Shown in pieces: positions 1-14,678 of a stretch of 64,000 nucleotides of DNA. The stretch lies in assembly GCA_001244265.2 (NCBI GenBank), contig CDLV01000007.1, forward strand, positions 1,240,001 through 1,304,000, in the 5' to 3' direction. The stretch's first letter is position 1. Each line of letters begins with the position of its first letter. The stretch comes from Microbotryum violaceum. Lineage: Eukaryota. Below the pieces are notes generated by a model. The model made no database searches. It had not been told where the DNA came from and saw only the letters and a list, made by a program, of their open reading frames with translations. Both the position numbers and the translations under genes were made by a program.

Positions 1-203
1 AAGTCTGGCCTCGGCCCATGCGGGCCCATGCGGGCCCACGCTGACCCACGAGGGCCCACGCGCACGGGCCCGGCCCCGGCCCTCCGTCTTTACGGGTCGT
101 CTCTTCTCGCCAGTCGCCGCTTTCGTCGTGATTCTCTGTGGTCGACTCGAGTTCGCTTGGATCGGATTCGGCCTCATCTGCCCTGTCGAAGGTGGACGAG
201 AAA

Positions 204-2423
204 ATGTCTGCAAAGGTGGGTGCTCGTCTCGATATCTCTCTGGGACGGGCTGCGATTCGGGGACGCCACTACCGGCGTTCAATCTCTTGTTGTTGTGAGC
301 GGGGCCAGACATCTTCGCTGGCGTGATAAGCTCGAACGACAGCATTTCAGTCCTCAGAGAGACACGTCGATCACATCGAGGAACGTGACCTCGCCGGATG
401 CCATAGAGCCTGCATCTCCTCGGCGCGTCCTCGCTGTGAGCGACGAATCGCGACACGTTCAACTCCCAGCCGCGGTTGGGCATCGCTGAGCTGAGCTCGA
501 TCACTGATGCTGCGCCACACTTTTACCCGAAGCAGACCGAGCACGTCTTCGATGGCGTAGACGTATCCAAGGCCCGCTACTCAAAAGTGCTGCCCTGCCC
601 CGGCACACCCTTGCCACCCCAATTCGACACGTTGCCCGTGCTCACTCGTGAGACGATAAGCGCCCGCATCGCGACCGGCCAGTTGCTTGTACTGCACCCA
701 CCACTCGTTTACAAGATCCCAATACCATGGCTTAACGCCCATCCGGGAGGCGACACCGCGATCCTCCACTTCATAGGGCGCGACGCGACAAATGAGATCG
801 AGGGCTATCACACTGGCGTGACGGTGGCCGAGCGAATGTCGAAATGGGTCATCGGCAAGGTCGAGTTGGATGACACGGAAGGGTGGAGGGATATGGTGCC
901 TCCGATCCAGCTGGGCAAGTGGCCGCTACCGGTGCCGAGCATCATGGTGTCGAGGCCGACCGAGGCGAACGAGAAACCTTTATCGAGTTCCGAAGTACTC
1001 GAAGCTGCTGTCGCTTTACGGACCCATGTCGACACACTACGCGTCTCCGAGATCGATCCTGAGGTCGAAGACTATGGCGCACTTCCCCTCACACCCTCCT
1101 ACCAACACCACCTGCGCCAGTCGTTGCGCAAACTCCACGCTCGCATTCATTCGCTCGACCTTGACAGTCCACCTCCCTTCCTCTCCGGCTACGGACCTTC
1201 CCTCGTCATCTACTTGTCCCTCGCCCTGATGTTTGGCTTTCTCTGCCACCGAGCAACATCGACGCCGGGCTACTGTGTCGCTTCCGTTGCGCTCGGGCTC
1301 TTCTGGCATCAGGTCACATTCGTTGCTCACGATGCGGGGCACACAGGTTTAACGGGTGACTGGTACGGTGATCGGGTGCGAGGCATTTTCATCGCCAACT
1401 TCTTGGGCGGTATGAGCCTTGGCTGGTGGTGTGACAACCACAACGTCCATCATCGTGCGTTTTCGCGGCCCTTTCGCTCTTGATGGGTCGATCGATGCTG
1501 AAGAATTCGCTTCTTGCCCTCATTGCACAGTGGTGACCAACTCGCCCGAACATGATCCGGACATTCAGCACCTCCCCTTCTTTGCCATTTCGACCAAATT
1601 CTTTGGTTCTTTACGAAGTTCGTACTACAAGCGAGCAATGGCATTTGACGCCTTTGCGCAAACTGTCCTCCCTCACCAGTACGTGCCGAACAGACCTTTG
1701 AAAGGAAAGGGAAAGAAGCAGCTCATTCTTTCTCCCTGTGTGCCATACAGACACAAACTTTACTATATCATCATGTGCTTTGCGCGCGCGAACCTTTTTG
1801 TGCTTTCATATACGTTCATGCTCACCAAATGGCCTTCCCGGACATCACCCTTGTTCAAACTACGCCTGCTCGAAATCGTCGGCATCGCCTTCTTCTGGAC
1901 CTGGTTCGGCGCTTTACTTTGCCACCTCCCCAGCAACTCCGCGAGAATCCTCTTTGTACTCGTTTCGTTCGCCGTGACTTCCCCCTTGCACGTCCAGATC
2001 GTCCTTTCGCACTTCTCCCAACCGATCTCGGTCAGCTCGGACCTCATCCCCCATACCGAGTTATTAGAATCGCATGCGCATCGTCAATTGAGGACCACGA
2101 TGGATATCGACTGTTCGACCCGCTTCGACTTCCTTCACGGTGGATTGAACTTTCAAACCCCTCATCACCTCTTCCCTAGGATTCCGAGGTTCCGCTTTCG
2201 AAGCGTCGCCAAGGAGGTGGAGAAGTGGGTCCAGGATGAACAGGACAAGGTTGGGGAGGAAGGGTGGAAGTTGAAGCGAGGGGAAGGGCTGGTTTATAAG
2301 AAGATGGGATTCGTCGAGGGTAATAAGGACGTGTTGGGCACGTTGAAAGGCGTTGCGGAACAGGTCAAGTTGTTGGCCAAGGTGGCGGAGAAGGAGGCCA
2401 GGGGGGAATTGCATCATCATTGA
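204..2423 (+). CDS. SLD1: Cytochrome b5-fused front-end desaturase, probably sphingolipid delta-8 desaturase (spliced)
   Basis: HPGG b5 motif and three His boxes (HDAGH, HNVHH, QTPHHLFP). Inferred exon 1 MSAK (204-215) plus a phase-0 intron 216-535 joins in frame to TEHVFDG. The start is less certain than the body. Confidence 0.88.
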
Positions 2424-3055
2424 AAGGAGTTTTTTCGCAGACGCGTGGGCTATGAGGTCAAGGTCGAACATTGAAGTGCCCCTCTGTACGAAGTTGCAGC
2501 GTTGAAGGGTTTCAAGACCTTTACGTTCGTCTGGGGTTTTTTCTTTCTTGGTTTCCGTGCAATGGCTAGTCTCGTAGCGGACCTTTCTTTCATTCCCTGC
2601 TCTCTTCCTGTTTTTTCTTCCTTGCAACCCCAGCAGATATTCGATCCTTCATCATCGTGCTCTCATGGCTTCCATGGCCTTCCTCCACAATCTCGCTCGA
2701 GCCTTCGCCCACTTGCGACTCTCCGCCTCGTGGAACCTCCGTGCTTCCCCAGGACGCCTATGTGCGCGGTCTCCGGTGTATATCAGGTCACCAATACGCT
2801 CCAGTTCATCGCTGGCGATTCAGTGATCCAGACCGAGTGGATCCAGAACCTGCCAAGGACCGCGCATTCCACCCATAACAATTTGATACGCGTACGGAGC
2901 GACATGGTCGCCTCGGCGGAATAACCAACACTTTGACGCGCCGTCGCTTTGTTGTATTTCGACTAACTGTCCTGGGTTCGCATCCAACGCGTCTTGTAGC
3001 CACTGGTCGGCCATCAGGGCTCAACCGAGGACGTTTGAGGTAAAAGGAAGGGGAG

Positions 3056-3323
3056 TGTCATTGTCAGGATCTTCAAGCAACCCCCTCTCACCCAAACACC
3101 TCATCCGAGACATCACGGTACCCTCTCCGGATGCTACCTCTCATCCGAAGACATCGCGGTTCCTCTCCGGATGCGAACTACTTGTCCGGGACATTGCGGC
3201 TCCCCCCCACTGGATGCGAGCAATGTCCGAACAAACCATTCAACTTCCGTGACGGCTCGGCAAACAGAAGATCCGGTGGCCGGAGTATTTAAGCTCTCTT
3301 CGTAGCCTTTCTCTCTCTCTCGC

Positions 3324-3372
<49 letters not shown>

Positions 3373-3542
3373 CTTCAGTTGTAGTATTCGATCCATAGTG
3401 TTCCCACACCTTGACCCGAATCATCCTTCCGCATTCCATCTTTGCACTTCGCTTCCCAATCTTCATCTTCCACGCACGCGCACCCAAAGTGCTATCGACG
3501 TTGAATCCTGTGCGGTACAACGTTGGGTAGATCTTCCATCCT
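3056..3542 (+). mobile_element. LTR-like repeat copy 1, probably a 3' LTR of a decayed retrotransposon
   Basis: Starts TGTCA directly after the purine tract AAAAGGAAGGGGAG. Has internal ~35-bp subrepeats, a TATTTAAG TATA-like box and a (CT)n tract. Aligns along its length with 43792-44280. Confidence 0.75.
3309..3368. repeat. (CT)n microsatellite inside the LTR-like repeat
   Basis: Seen directly; much longer than the equivalent tract in copy 2. Confidence 0.95.
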
Positions 3543-3601
3543 CTTTCGTTCTATCCTATCATTGTTACTTCCCTTGCTTGAGTCTTGACTCTGGACGACA
3601 G

Positions 3602-5234
3602 TTACGCCTTCAAGTACTTGGCATGGTACTTGACGTGGCCTACTCGGAAGGAGTCGTCGAGTCGAAGTGAAGGACCTCGTGTCAGTGACCCATCTTGTAC
3701 ACATAGTTCAATGCAGCGAAGAAATGACCCTGTACCTACCCGGTGCAAAGGTACTGATGAAGTAGTACGAGTGGTCATAGCCTTCGTGAAGGGACACCTT
3801 GACTTGCTCCTCGGAGAAGCCCGCTTTCTTGGCCGCCTCGATGAAGTTTTCGGGCAGGACTGAGCAACGCGTGTTTTGAGACGCCAAGGATCATGAGCAC
3901 AGGATGGACGTATGAGCTAGGCGAACTCGAATCTGACTCACGCTGCTTGTTTTTGTAGAAATCATCGCCCGTGCCGACGTCAACCAGGATGTGCAAGTCC
4001 TGTCCTTTAGCCTCGGCGATCAGGTGAGTGGCATCGTAGGCTTGACCTTCTTTGACGCCACCTTGGAGATAACCCGAGAAAGCCTTTTCACCTGTTCCCA
4101 AAAACCGAGTATGGTGTGAGTGACTCGAGCTCGAGTTGACGAGGCGCCTGCAGTGCCGGCCTTGGCCATACGCGCGTCGGAACAATCGATTACCCAAGCC
4201 AGGCCCGGGAGGGGGGGGACTTACCCCAGGGAGCTTTGGTCGGGTTGGTGATGGGTGCAAATGCCGAGGCGGAGCGATACTGGCCTTTGGTCTTGAGGTA
4301 GAGGACGAGGGCGCCATGGCCCCCCATTGAATGGCCAAAGATGCTCGAGCGCTGAGTGTCGATCGGAAGCGTAGACAGGAGCGAAGGCAGTTCCGAAGTG
4401 ATAAAGTCGTACCTGGATGGTCAAAGCGTCGCAGTGGCAGGGTGTGAGCGGGGGAATTCGGTGTTCGTTAGAACGACAGGATCGATCTTACATGTTGTAA
4501 TACTTTGCATACTTCTCATGCGTCGCGTTGAGGTCTATGAGGAGGTGGTAAGCTCAGCCACTCGGGCCTGGACATTGTTTGCAAGCAGCGGACGTACAGA
4601 ACCCGGCACCGGTACCAAAATCCCAGTCTTTGGCCTCGCCTTCAATGTTGGCGCCTCGCGGTGAGGTGTCTGGGAAGACGAGTGCGATGCCTTCTTGCGC
4701 GGCGTCGCGGATGAAGCCTCCCTTCCATGGGCTACGGGGAAGCGAGTAGAGGTGAGAGGATCAGTATCGTGAATCGAAGGATCCAAGTGGTGACGAGCGC
4801 TTGTTCTGGGTGTGCTCTTTGTGCGGCAGTCCAAGGTTATGGTTGACCGACCACCGGCTGATGGCTGAGCGCTGCACGTTGAGCCCCACACCCGAACTAT
4901 ATATAGATCGGCTCAAATGTGGTCTTGATCAGATCGCGATGGGGAGGTGGCGACTCACGCCGTGTCTTCGTTGCACGTCAATCCAGCCAGGTAGTACAGC
5001 GCGCTGCGGAAAGGGTCAGGGTGCCAGGGTCAGCTCGCGTGTTGGGTGCAAAACCCGCGTACTGGCAGGACGCCGGAAGAATGGCACTGACGGCACTTTG
5101 AACGATGCGCTGGCTTGCTTGGGCACAAAAACGTTGAACTGGGTCTCGAGGCCCCCGAGGGAGACGGACTTGGTCTTGTACTTGGTCAAAGTGCCATCGA
5201 AAGTGAGGTTTTGGGCGATCTGCTCGAGTGACAT
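3602..5234 (-). CDS. S-formylglutathione hydrolase (esterase D), multi-intron
   Basis: [29 protein letters not shown], nucleophile motif [21 protein letters not shown] and C-terminal HAKYLKA-stop. Confidence 0.93.
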
Positions 5235-5235
5235 G

Positions 5236-5266
5236 GTTGGCGTTGGCGTTGGCGTTGGCGTTGGCG
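5236..5266. repeat. (GTTGGC)5 hexamer repeat immediately upstream of the esterase ATG
   Basis: Seen directly. Confidence 0.9.
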
Positions 5267-5630
5267 TGGCGTGGGCATGTGAAAATGACGTAAGTTCAAG
5301 ATGAGCCTGGGCGGGTCGGCCGCGTCACTGCGGCGATACTGCCGCGATAGGATCAAGTCACCGGCTTCACCTGTGCCTCCTCCTGCACTCTTACACGCTT
5401 TACCTCTCTACCCGCGACCAGCCGAGCTCGTCCTTCTCCCCCTGTTGCATCCGAATCGTGATTGAACTTGGATAAGGGATTGTGTTGTTGAAACCACAGC
5501 CAGCTGTCCGACGGTGGCACCCCAGGGGCTCCATGAACAAGTCGACGACCACCGCGCGAGAACGACCCCTTTGCCTTGCCCACCTCTCTCGCTGAACCAC
5601 GGCCCCACCTCGGCCCTTTCGAGTTCCAAC

Positions 5631-7465
5631 ATGAGCACAGGTACGAGTGCGAGCCCCAACGTGGGTCCGACACCGCCTGGCACCTGTGCAGCCTGCCATC
5701 GAGGAGGCTCGAACCGTCTCTTCTACTGCGCCCCATGTCTCGAACAACGGTCCGTCTCCCTCCAGCTGGTCTCGCACCGTCTTGCGGCTGCACTGCTGCC
5801 GTACGAATCCCCCACTGAACGCTCTGCATGCCATCTAATGCTCAGTCTCGAGGACCATTACTCAAGACGACAACACGCGCAACGCCTGACCCAGCTCTCC
5901 CAAGCCAGGGCCGGCGCCTTACTCGACCCCCCACCCGCCAGTTCGGCATGGCCCGTAAGCGACGAACGACGACAGAAGGCCGACAAGTGGGCCGTTGCCG
6001 TACAGGCGAAGCAGATCTCCCTCGCCAACGAGAGCATATCCGCGACCATAAACCAGGGTCCGTCATGCGCCACGCAGCTTCGCCGCTCCCCGTCCGTTTC
6101 ACCCCCGGTCACGTGCCTTACTGACCCCCCCCCCCACTACGCTGTCGTCTGTCGTCTGGGACCTTAGATCGTGTTCTGTTGCAGCAACGACGATCCAATC
6201 TGACCAAGCGGCGGGAGAACCTCGTCAAAGCCAGACGACTGTTGGCTCAGACCTCGCCTTCGCACCACACCGCGACCCTGGCCCACCTCGCCTCGATCCA
6301 CCAAAACCTCCTCGCTCGATTGGGCCAAGTCAGGGCCATCCTGACCAACGAGGCCTTGATCGTGTTTGCCTTTCAGCCCTCGGACCTTCATACGACTCAA
6401 CCATCACCTCCCACGCCAAACCTCGAAAATGACCCCTTCCAATCGACCCTTGCTCCGACGACGGTGACCCCTCTCACGATCCCCCCACCCCCACCTCGGC
6501 AACCCCAAGCCTACACCCTCGCCAACCTTCCCCTGCCACCGCTGTCGATGCTCCCGACCATTCCCTTACCGTACCTCAACGCGCTCCTTTCTCACCTCGC
6601 CCAACTTACTCGCTTGATGGCCATCTACTACGACCTTGAACTGCCCTTCACACCCCTCCCAGCCTTGTATGGTCCTGGCCGACCAGGCGTCAAAGCCAGT
6701 CTATCCAGTGGGGTCTTCTACGCAGGAGTCGAAAGCGTCAGTGCTGGCCGAACGGATGATAAGAGTTTGAACACGGGTGGATGCTGGCCATTATTCTTGA
6801 GCACGAATGCGGTAGCATCAACTTCGACCACACCCTTAATGGACAAGAATTCAGGAGGAGAAAGATCCGAAACCAAGCACGTTCGCCAGAACACTTCGGC
6901 GCTTCGCGCGCTCGAAACGTGGACCCATCTTCAAGATGATTCTTTCCTTTTTCGACGAACACAGAACACCACCTCCTCTTCCTCCGCCTCTTCCACTGCG
7001 GTCCAAGCAGCTAGTTCGGAAAGGTTGAGGAGCCTGATGGTGGGCATAGTCGCATTGGCTTTCGACTGGCAATGGATCGCTCGTACCCGAGGCAAGCGAC
7101 TCGAAAATGCAGTTCACGATCTGGACGACTGGGTTAACTTGATTCAGCAAGCAACGAAGGGGGTTGAGGCGCAATCGTTTAGCACAGCCAAGGATGACCC
7201 GTCGATGCAGCGTCCTCGAGCTGGTCGCATCGAGATGGGCTTTACGTTCGCTCAAGCTGTGGATCATTTCTGGGCGAAGTTGGACGCAACGATGGGTCAT
7301 GTTCCGAAACTGAAGAATGCAGATGGGGGCAAATCGTCGACGAGGACCAAGACGAAAGAAAGGTGGAACAAGGTCGAAAGGGAGCGTGGAGGCGAGGGGG
7401 TTGAGCGAGCAGAGGAAGAAAAAGGAGAGGCGGAAGGGGAAGAGGAGGGATGGGATCTGATTTGA
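5631..7465 (+). CDS. Atg14/UVRAG-like PI3K complex subunit
   Basis: N-terminal CxxC...CxxC (CAACH...FYCAPC), a coiled-coil region, then LNALLSHLAQLTRLMAIYYDLELPF and a C-terminal EGWDLI. Family assigned from recalled similarity. Confidence 0.7.
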
Positions 7466-7757
7466 ACCTAATTCGGTCCCGCTCTTCTTAGTATTCGTCG
7501 TCGTTGTTGTTGTCGTTGTTGTTAGTGTGGCTATAGCAGTGTTGACCGTTCCCGCAATTCGGTCTATGTAAGCAATGCCTAACCAAATATTCCCTGCTTG
7601 CAGCAAGAAGACGTCTATTAAGGAAAAGTGAAAAGTGAAATAAAACGAAGTGAAGAGTCAAACGCGCAGGCCGGAAGAGTGTGTAGTAATAAAAAGAGAA
7701 ACGATGCTCCTGTCTCTGCAACAGTGCCACTGGCCGTGATCCGAATAGACCTTGGCT

Positions 7758-9665
<1,908 letters not shown>

Positions 9666-10037
9666 GTCGGTTTGCAGTGAGAATGTGGAAGATATGAAAC
9701 GGGCAGGGATGCAAGGATGCGAGAAGGTAGGTGCGGGTTGGAAAGCCCTCACAGCAGGCAATAGCAGGCTCGTTCTGGCAAGAACCCGGGACGGCCTGTC
9801 CAGCCATTTGTCAGCATGCACGCCAGCCCACGCCACGCGAGGCCACGCGCCATCGCGCCAGTAACGCGCCAACGGGGCGCTCAACGCGACGCAGCCACCT
9901 ACAGTTCGGCTTGCCTTCCAACTTGACTTTGATTGCGAGTGTCGACCACAGAAAGCCGTGCTCTTCGTCGATACCGATCTGACGATTTCGGCATTCCATG
10001 CTGGTCATCGGCAGCAATTGACAAGCCCGAGATCGTA

Positions 10038-11365
10038 ATGGCCGCGGCATTCGATCCTGGCTCCTCGTCTGGCTATGACCCGATGACGAGTAGCGACGGT
10101 CCCGAGATGCTCGACTCGCCTTCCACCTCGTCCTTCTACAACACCCCGACCCGTTATGATGCTCCGATGCGTTTATCGTCCCCACTTCCAGCAGCTGTTT
10201 CGTATGCTACCCAATTCCAGTCGGTTGCTCGTCGGCGCCCCAGGCCGGCCGCATCGTCCGCATCGCAATGGGCTTCCTCTTCATCCAGGTCGACCGCGGG
10301 AGCGCACGACCAGCGGGTCTACAAGTCCCGGACCTCGGCTCGACGGCCAATCAGTCCCCTAACTCCCAATACCTCCGCATCGAACCCCAACTCATCGTCG
10401 TCGTCGTCATCGCTACGGCTCGTGTATGCAAATGCTCGTCGCATCGCCGCCGACGCCGCCCGTTCCAGCTCAAAGTCGAACAAATATTCGCGCGATCTTT
10501 CGCTCGGTCGACCCGAGAACCCGTTTGCCCCCGGTGCTTATGCGTTGGGGGCGATGAGAAACGGCGAGTGGGAGGAATGGACCGACGACGAAGAGAGGGA
10601 AATGGCGATGGAACAACGACGCGATATATGGCAGCGGAACAGGGCGTTCGAAATGCAGGCGGTCGATCAGCTGGGAGCCGTGGAAGAAGAGTTCGAAGAC
10701 GTTCAAGACGACTTCAATGGGTATTTGGAACGTACGTGGCTACTTTACCGTTGTTGTTGAGATCTTCGAAGACGGTGCTGATGCGGGACCAACTCGCGCT
10801 CTCGCGCGTAGAGGAGCCTCCAGATGATCTTCTAGACTTGTACAGCGGCTCCGACCTAATCGACATGTCACGGTCAATACCTCGAATACCATCCCTTGCC
10901 TCCATCCCCGGACTCTCGACTGAGGAAGAAATGTCGAGTGATGACCTCGAGATGCAAGAAGCGCAGGAGGACGCCACATGGCCCGTGACCCCTGTCGTCG
11001 ATCCGAGCAGGGCGTTCCAAGACTTTTTGCAAGTCCTGTCGACGTCGAGTTGTCCGAAGTGCCAGTGTTCCGATGCGGGTACAATCCAAAACTATGATCA
11101 GCAAGGCGCACGATGCATTCGTTGCGACTGGTTAGTGTCAATTTTGGCGCTCCAAGCGTCATCGCTCGAGTTTGCCGCGCACATCCCAGCAAAAACGTTC
11201 GTCGCTTACCGCAACTAGGCCGCCATGTGATTGCAGTGCTGTTACTGACGCGATGATTATTTCCTCTCGCGCAGTCAGCAGCAACACCTCCCCATCTTTG
11301 CTTGGGATTTGCACACTGAGACTCTCGTCTTGTGCTCTGGATGCGATGAAAGCTTCGCTGCATAA
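10038..11365 (+). CDS. RPA-interacting protein (RPAIN/RIP)-like protein with C-terminal Zn-binding domain
   Basis: Low-complexity N-terminus and acidic middle region. The C-terminal CPKC...CIRC...H...H...LVLCSGC pattern matches the RPA_interact_C layout from memory. Confidence 0.6.
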
Positions 11366-11921
11366 AAACGCCCACTGTTATATGGCGGGGCGTAGATGGT
11401 GGCGTGGACTCGAGGTGGGAGCAGCCGGACATCCTATGTAATGCATGCAACTCGACGGCCGTCTTCTCAAAGACATCCACAGCCCAATAACTACATATGA
11501 CGATTCGAGTGCGTCGGAGGGTCATCGAAGATGCTGGAGAGAGCCCGAGAGCAAAACGTCGGTCAACCTCTCAGCGGTAATGCTGTGAAATGGCAGGTAC
11601 GGTAAGCAGCTGATTCAATTCCCCAAACAAGACCGAAACGGTGGGCCGCATCTGAAAACAAGCGTGTACACAAAGGTTGGGTAGAGGGTGTCTGAAAAGA
11701 CGTCCAGGCGCGTTCTACTGAAGCAACAAGATGTCCTAAGCGATCAAGCTATATTTCGACTAAATTGTGTGAGAGCGAAGGGAAGAGAGACGAGCCAGAA
11801 ATCGAATCTGAGTAAAGAAATTCAGAGACAGAGTGCTTGACAGTACCCGCAAACTTTAGTGAGTAAGTTGAGTATACAAGGTTGGATGCGCCAACTATCG
11901 AGAACAGGCGGGGCCAGCTGA

Positions 11922-14401
11922 TCAATGCAGCGCCGAGGACGAGGTCGAGCGCCTGAGATTAATTGGTTTAGGCGGCGTGGTGGACTTTCCCAAAATCTCA
12001 CGATCGTTGTCGGCCGGTTGTTGTGGGTGCGACTCGCACTTCGGGGCCAGCACTTCCGTGCAACGCCTGATCATTTCGACGGTATTTGGGGCTGATCGGG
12101 AGTGTATCACGGACGGGCGGGTAGAAGGGAGACGGACTTTGGCTACGCCGTCTTCGGAGCGAAGCGAGGGGCTCGGACTTGTCGTTCGAGAAGTATTGGC
12201 CGACGGCGGCGAAGGAGACGGGGAGCTCGCATCGGACACAGCATGAGGCGAGGTACAGCTTTGACCAACTTTTGGCTCGAGAACGATGGAGCCCTGATCG
12301 GTGTACTCTTTGATAGGTGAGAGTGTGGAGCAGCGCCTTCCCGCTGTGGAGCCCGAAGCAGCTTCCAGCGATGTTTTGATCGCTACTGACGTGTTTGGAG
12401 ATCCGCAAGCGCGGCCGGAGGATTGAGTAGCAAGAGGTGAACTGTCGGAAGGCACCACCTGGTTAGACTGGAGTGTGGCGGAACAATCAGGAGTCGAAAG
12501 AAGGGCTGGCTTACCAAATGGTAGAACGAGTATTTTGTTGTCGGGGTGTCTGGCCGAGGCAGATCCGATTCTTGAGTTCCTTTTGACCCATCGAGTCTGC
12601 TGTGGCTCGGACACGCTTAGATTTCAGCTCGCGCCTAGCCTCACCTCTCTCTCAAGTGTGGAATAAACCCCAAGCGATGAAGCGCTCACCGTAGCGAACC
12701 CTAAGTGGCGCATTACTGCCGGGCAGAAATACCGCTTGCAGACGCTCAATTACTTCATCTGCCGCATCGCGATCCGCAATTCTGTCGAGCGACACCAAGG
12801 CGCCGCAGTGATGGTTGTGGGCAAGCCATAGTCAGCTACTGTCGCGAGGGATAGGATCAAGACGACTGCGACATGTAAAGCTTGACGGCGGGCCTCTCAC
12901 CTCGCAAAGCCGATCCCCCTCGATGGGCCAGGCGAAAGACGTTGGGAAGCAGGAATGGCATCATTCTGTCGCAAGAGTCGAACCGAAAGCACTCGCGCAG
13001 GTCGCAGCAAATGGATAAGATCCTCCTCTCCAAACGCGGTCGGGAGCTGTGTTGAGGCAAACAGGAGCCTAATGTCAGCCCTCCTGGAATCGCACAGACG
13101 ACCCGATACTGACATTGGACAAGTAAAGGTTCGTACTGCCCTCGTCAGCAAGCTGACGCAGTCGAAGATTGAGAGAGTCCTTTGAGTGGCATGAGGTAAC
13201 ACAAGACGGCACTTTATCAGTCGCTGTACAAGCTTTGGAACTGTACAATGAATCAGAAAGCCTCTCACCCTCGCCAAAGATGCTTCGAATCCGATCTGCC
13301 GTAATCCCGAGATAGCAGACAGGGCTTGATGCGAATTCTCGTAGAGAATGAAGCCAACTCCTTTGCAGGTGGTGTTGGAAGGCAGGCAATGGCGACGCGT
13401 CGGATATGGTGGCGGTGGATGAGAAAGGATCGCGCGAACAGATATTACTCGACCCCAGTAGCTGCCGAGTGCAAGCAAGTCCGAGTCGCGTGTCTCCGGT
13501 GGCAAGAGTCGAACCTGATTGGACGGTAGGCGATCAACAGTGAGTGGGTCATGCAGAGAGGGGGAGAAGTGGGGGGGGGGCACGCCAATGAAGATGATGG
13601 CCCGGAGTGCCCTGCAACTCCGCCACACTCACGTAGATGTTCGTATGACCTTCAATGCTGCTTTTGTGGGAGTCAGTGGAAATGTAACACAGTTCTTGAG
13701 GTCAGCTGCGACTCTTGATTCGTAAAAGGCTGGTCGGTGAGGGCGCGATTTCAACGCGCACACCAACCTCCGAAGGTCACTGCCGGCTGTCGCGCGCGAG
13801 TGCGGCGGCTTGCTGCCACCTGGGAAGGAGGAGATGCACCTGAGAGTTAGTCTAAGACCCTTTTCGGGCTACCTGGAAGCGTCTGGCCAGTATCCTCAAG
13901 AACTCACTGCTCGTCGCGAGGCTGCCGCTGGGTGCGGTACTCGAACGGACCTCGTACGACCGAGCTGCCTTGTGGTGGCTGATAGTAGGCATCGGAGCTA
14001 GAGGCAACATCGGTATGGACGGCGAAAACCTTTGGGAAGGAGCGCGTGGTAGATACGGAAGGAGTGGAGGCACTGGCTGGGGTGAACAGGACGGCAAGCG
14101 TGCTGTTTCGCGATGGTGAGCAACCGATAGTGAACTGTGCATGGTCGTCGGTGTCGCGTGCGCCGGTGCAACAGGAGACCCCGATGCCGAGACACCACCG
14201 GGGCTGAGCGGAACTCTGCGCGGGCCTGAAGGGCGTGCCGGCGAAGACAACCTTGTAAGACCTCCAAGTTGTAGCACCGTTCCCTCTCCCCTTGATATCC
14301 GATACACAGGGTGCAACGCGGGTGAGGCCGGAGAAGAGTGGCTCGGCAGGCCGAAAGCTGCCCAACTGCGCAGTCGAAAGTGCACCGATCGCGTTGTGCA
14401 A
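11922..14401 (-). CDS. Tandem-RRM RNA-binding protein (RBMS/MSSP/Spo5-like); start codon unresolved
   Basis: RRM1 TNIY/VRLLPP...CKGVGFILY, linker FEASLAR/DSLNLRLRQLADEGSTNLYLSN, RRM2 SRGIGFAR...PLRVRY, then a Ser/Pro-rich tail. Confidence 0.78.
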
Positions 14402-14678
14402 TTCGGGTTGATCGACTGCACGGCCAGTGTGGTCACGAAGGAGAAATGAACGCGTGAGGTATTATCCCTAGTCGTCCTTGGATAACAGAGCAATTCTCAA
14501 AGAATCGCTCTTTATGGAGCCTGGAAAAGGCACCACATCAAACACCATGCACGCTGGGCGAGCCTATCCTCTACGAGACGGAAAGGCGGAGCAAAGCAGA
14601 ACGGCTCGGGATCAATCTTGATACAGAGAGGGGCTATACTCACGAGAGGTATATACGAATGTCACTGAATGTACTTCT

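Noticed and set aside
216-535. TPP riboswitch in the intron
   Set aside because: GCTGAG is present but the rest of the TPP aptamer consensus is not, and the gene is unrelated to thiamine.
4735-4958. snoRNA or alternative micro-exon in the long esterase intron
   Set aside because: No clear C/D or H/ACA box arrangement and no good donor site; the direct splice restores the frame.
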